Shown here: positions 62,456 through 64,000 of the stretch, piece by piece
Layout of the letters: each line of letters begins with the position of its first letter
Numbering within the stretch: position 1 is the first letter of the stretch
Assembly (NCBI GenBank): GCA_963934795.1
Contig: CAWWAF010000006.1
Span: 1,757 to 65,756, forward strand
Source of the DNA: an uncultured bacterium
Lineage (GTDB): Bacteria; Acidobacteriota; Vicinamibacteria; Vicinamibacterales; UBA8438
Length of the DNA stretch: 64,000 nucleotides
Reading direction: 5' to 3'
Position numbers and translations under genes: made by a program
The notes under the pieces: generated by a model
The model's database searches: none
Seen by the model: the letters and a program-made list of their open reading frames with translations, nothing else
What the model was told of the DNA's origin: nothing

Positions 62456-63961
62456 ATGAGAAAAATGGTAGCCCTCCTAGGGCTAATATCGGCGCTCGCG
62501 TTGGTGCTCCCGTCGTCGCAGGGGACCCTGCCGGCGGTGGCCGCACAGGCCCCGACGGAGCCCCAGTTGCCCCCGGTTGAGTCGCCGTCCCGATCAGCGC
62601 TCCTGCCGGCGCAGGAGCACGTGTATGCGCGGTATCAAGCCGACATTGCGGCCGTGCAGCGATTCCGCCCCACCCATCACTTCTGGCGGCACATTTTTAC
62701 GATTCCTGATGGCAGTATCATTTTCGGCAGCGCCGAAGATGGCCGGTTGCTTGCGACCTTTCCGACCCAGGGCAATTGGGGCAGCGAGGGTGTCTGGGAA
62801 GATGAGGCGCTGGCGAACACGCTCGAAGGGGTGCGCCTTCAGTCTCGTCTGACCCGCCGCCGAGACCAGGTGGAAGCACTGCTGACCCCGATGGTTGGTG
62901 AGGTCGTGCACAACCCGACGCGAGGGCGATTCTTGTCGCCCAATGCCGCGCGATACGGCGGGTTTCTCGACCAGTGGGGGCAGATCTACGAACGGTTCGG
63001 GGTCCCGGCCGAGATCGGATTGGCGCAGGCGGTGGTGGAGTCCGGCCTGAATGGACGGGCTCGTTCAGGCGCATCGGCCTTGGGGTTCTGCCAGTTCTTG
63101 CGGCGGAACTGGAACCATCTGAACCGGCTGGCGCCGAACGTCATCGAGGCCTTCAACCAGACAACGCAGGCACCCTACTGTGCCGCGTATCTGAGTATTC
63201 TGGCGACGATGTATGGCAGTTTCATTCCGGCCCTTTCGGAGCATCATGCCGGGGGCGTGAATGTCGGGCGCACCCTCATCAACGGGGAACGGCTGGGGGG
63301 AGCCAATACTCGCGAGCAGTATCTGATGGGGTCGGAGTTTGCGCGCGACTTGCGGCGCATCTCGATCCAACGCTACAAGAACTTGTTTCGGACTTACGGG
63401 CCACGTTCGTTCCGGTACGCCGAGATGGTGTTCGGCAACACGGTCAACGTGCAGCAGATGAGTCTTGAGCGGCCGCAAGTCCCGATTTTTGCGATGCGTA
63501 CATCGCGCGCCCTGTCCATGAGCGAGCTCCGACGCACGACTGGGATGGACACCAGCGAACTCAAGCGGTTCAACCCGGCGCTGGTCAAGCAGGTTCCGGC
63601 GCGCGCGAATCTCTATCTACCTAGATATGTGGAGGCGTTTGGTGAAGACGTGTCGTTTTGGCATCGCCCGCCGAACCCTACGTTTGCCGAGGTTCTCGAC
63701 AGGTTTGTGCGCCTCGAAGACGGCGTGGAGCGGTGGCATGAGGCGTCCTTTGAACCGACGTTGCGCGAATTTCAACGGCGGTTCGAGGAGACCGACAGCG
63801 AGGAAGGGGCCGTGATGGCGACGACGTTGCGTTACGTCATCGGCGATCTCCGCACCAGTCGCCGCGCAGCCATCTTGTCGGACTTTCGAACCGATGGACG
63901 CATTCTGGAGTTGTTCCAGCGCGGACTCCGAGAACTGCGTGCGGCGATCCCCGGCGCGTAG
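62456..63961 (+). CDS. Lytic transglycosylase (SLT-domain) protein, secreted
   Basis: Signal peptide MRKMVALLGLISALALVL. GLAQAVVESGLNGRARSGASALGFCQF (catalytic E-S ... G.CQF pattern). Confidence 0.7.
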   Translation: MRKMVALLGLISALALVLPSSQGTLPAVAAQAPTEPQLPPVESPSRSALLPAQEHVYARYQADIAAVQRFRPTHHFWRHIFTIPDGSIIFGSAEDGRLLATFPTQGNWGSEGVWEDEALANTLEGVRLQSRLTRRRDQVEALLTPMVGEVVHNPTRGRFLSPNAARYGGFLDQWGQIYERFGVPAEIGLAQAVVESGLNGRARSGASALGFCQFLRRNWNHLNRLAPNVIEAFNQTTQAPYCAAYLSILATMYGSFIPALSEHHAGGVNVGRTLINGERLGGANTREQYLMGSEFARDLRRISIQRYKNLFRTYGPRSFRYAEMVFGNTVNVQQMSLERPQVPIFAMRTSRALSMSELRRTTGMDTSELKRFNPALVKQVPARANLYLPRYVEAFGEDVSFWHRPPNPTFAEVLDRFVRLEDGVERWHEASFEPTLREFQRRFEETDSEEGAVMATTLRYVIGDLRTSRRAAILSDFRTDGRILELFQRGLRELRAAIPGA

Positions 63962-64000
63962 GGCCACCTGCTGGTAGACGAGGCTGAACCCCGAAATCCG

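Noticed and set aside
1-64000. Scanned for tRNA/rRNA genes, CRISPR repeat-spacer arrays, IS elements, integrases, prophage genes and known defence-system genes.
   Set aside because: None was found. T-loop-like GGTTCGA strings occur only inside coding regions. There are no regularly spaced direct repeats and no transposase, recombinase or nuclease-ATPase signatures.

Overview
High-GC bacterial chromosomal segment. The gene content suggests an Acidobacteriota/Gemmatimonadota-like lineage: PSCyt1-type cytochrome c modules, a PF07638-type ECF sigma remnant and a ...NWFDELERFVP tail remnant. That placement is inference only. I support about 55 protein-coding genes, tightly packed on both strands. 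Most carry signal peptides and encode periplasmic or secreted redox enzymes and hydrolases:
- three PQQ/beta-propeller dehydrogenase-type genes plus one PQQ sugar dehydrogenase
- an octaheme cytochrome c
- a sulfite-oxidase-like Mo enzyme
- two MBL hydrolases
- two class-C-type serine hydrolases
- M20 and M28 peptidases
- formamidase, creatininase, a PhoA-like phosphatase, lipase and an FAH-family enzyme

I recognised no rRNA, tRNA, CRISPR array, transposase, integrase or phage gene, and no known defence system.

Three things stand out.
1. A two-gene cassette is present twice, at 3..2018 and at 57515..60066. It pairs a cytochrome-c-fused protein that has the ligand pattern of PHM/DBH-type copper monooxygenases with a secreted beta-rich partner. 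This is my best candidate for an uncharacterised periplasmic oxidative system.
2. Several other secreted families occur as paralog pairs: endostatin/DUF1554-like proteins, a '...ACHEGN' family, the MBLs and the serine hydrolases.
3. Intergenic spacers carry short, recognisable stubs of unrelated genes (ECF sigma, TolB-like C-terminus, PQQ-enzyme termini, ATP-grasp N-terminus). There is also a frameshifted ABC-2 permease and a PhoA-like gene with an in-frame deletion next to the nucleophile motif. Together these indicate rapid gene turnover.

All family assignments come from motif reading and remembered consensus sequences, not from searches. The ORF track uses ATG, GTG and TTG starts. Several starts were moved to internal ATG/GTG codons that have Shine-Dalgarno-like sequences and signal peptides.
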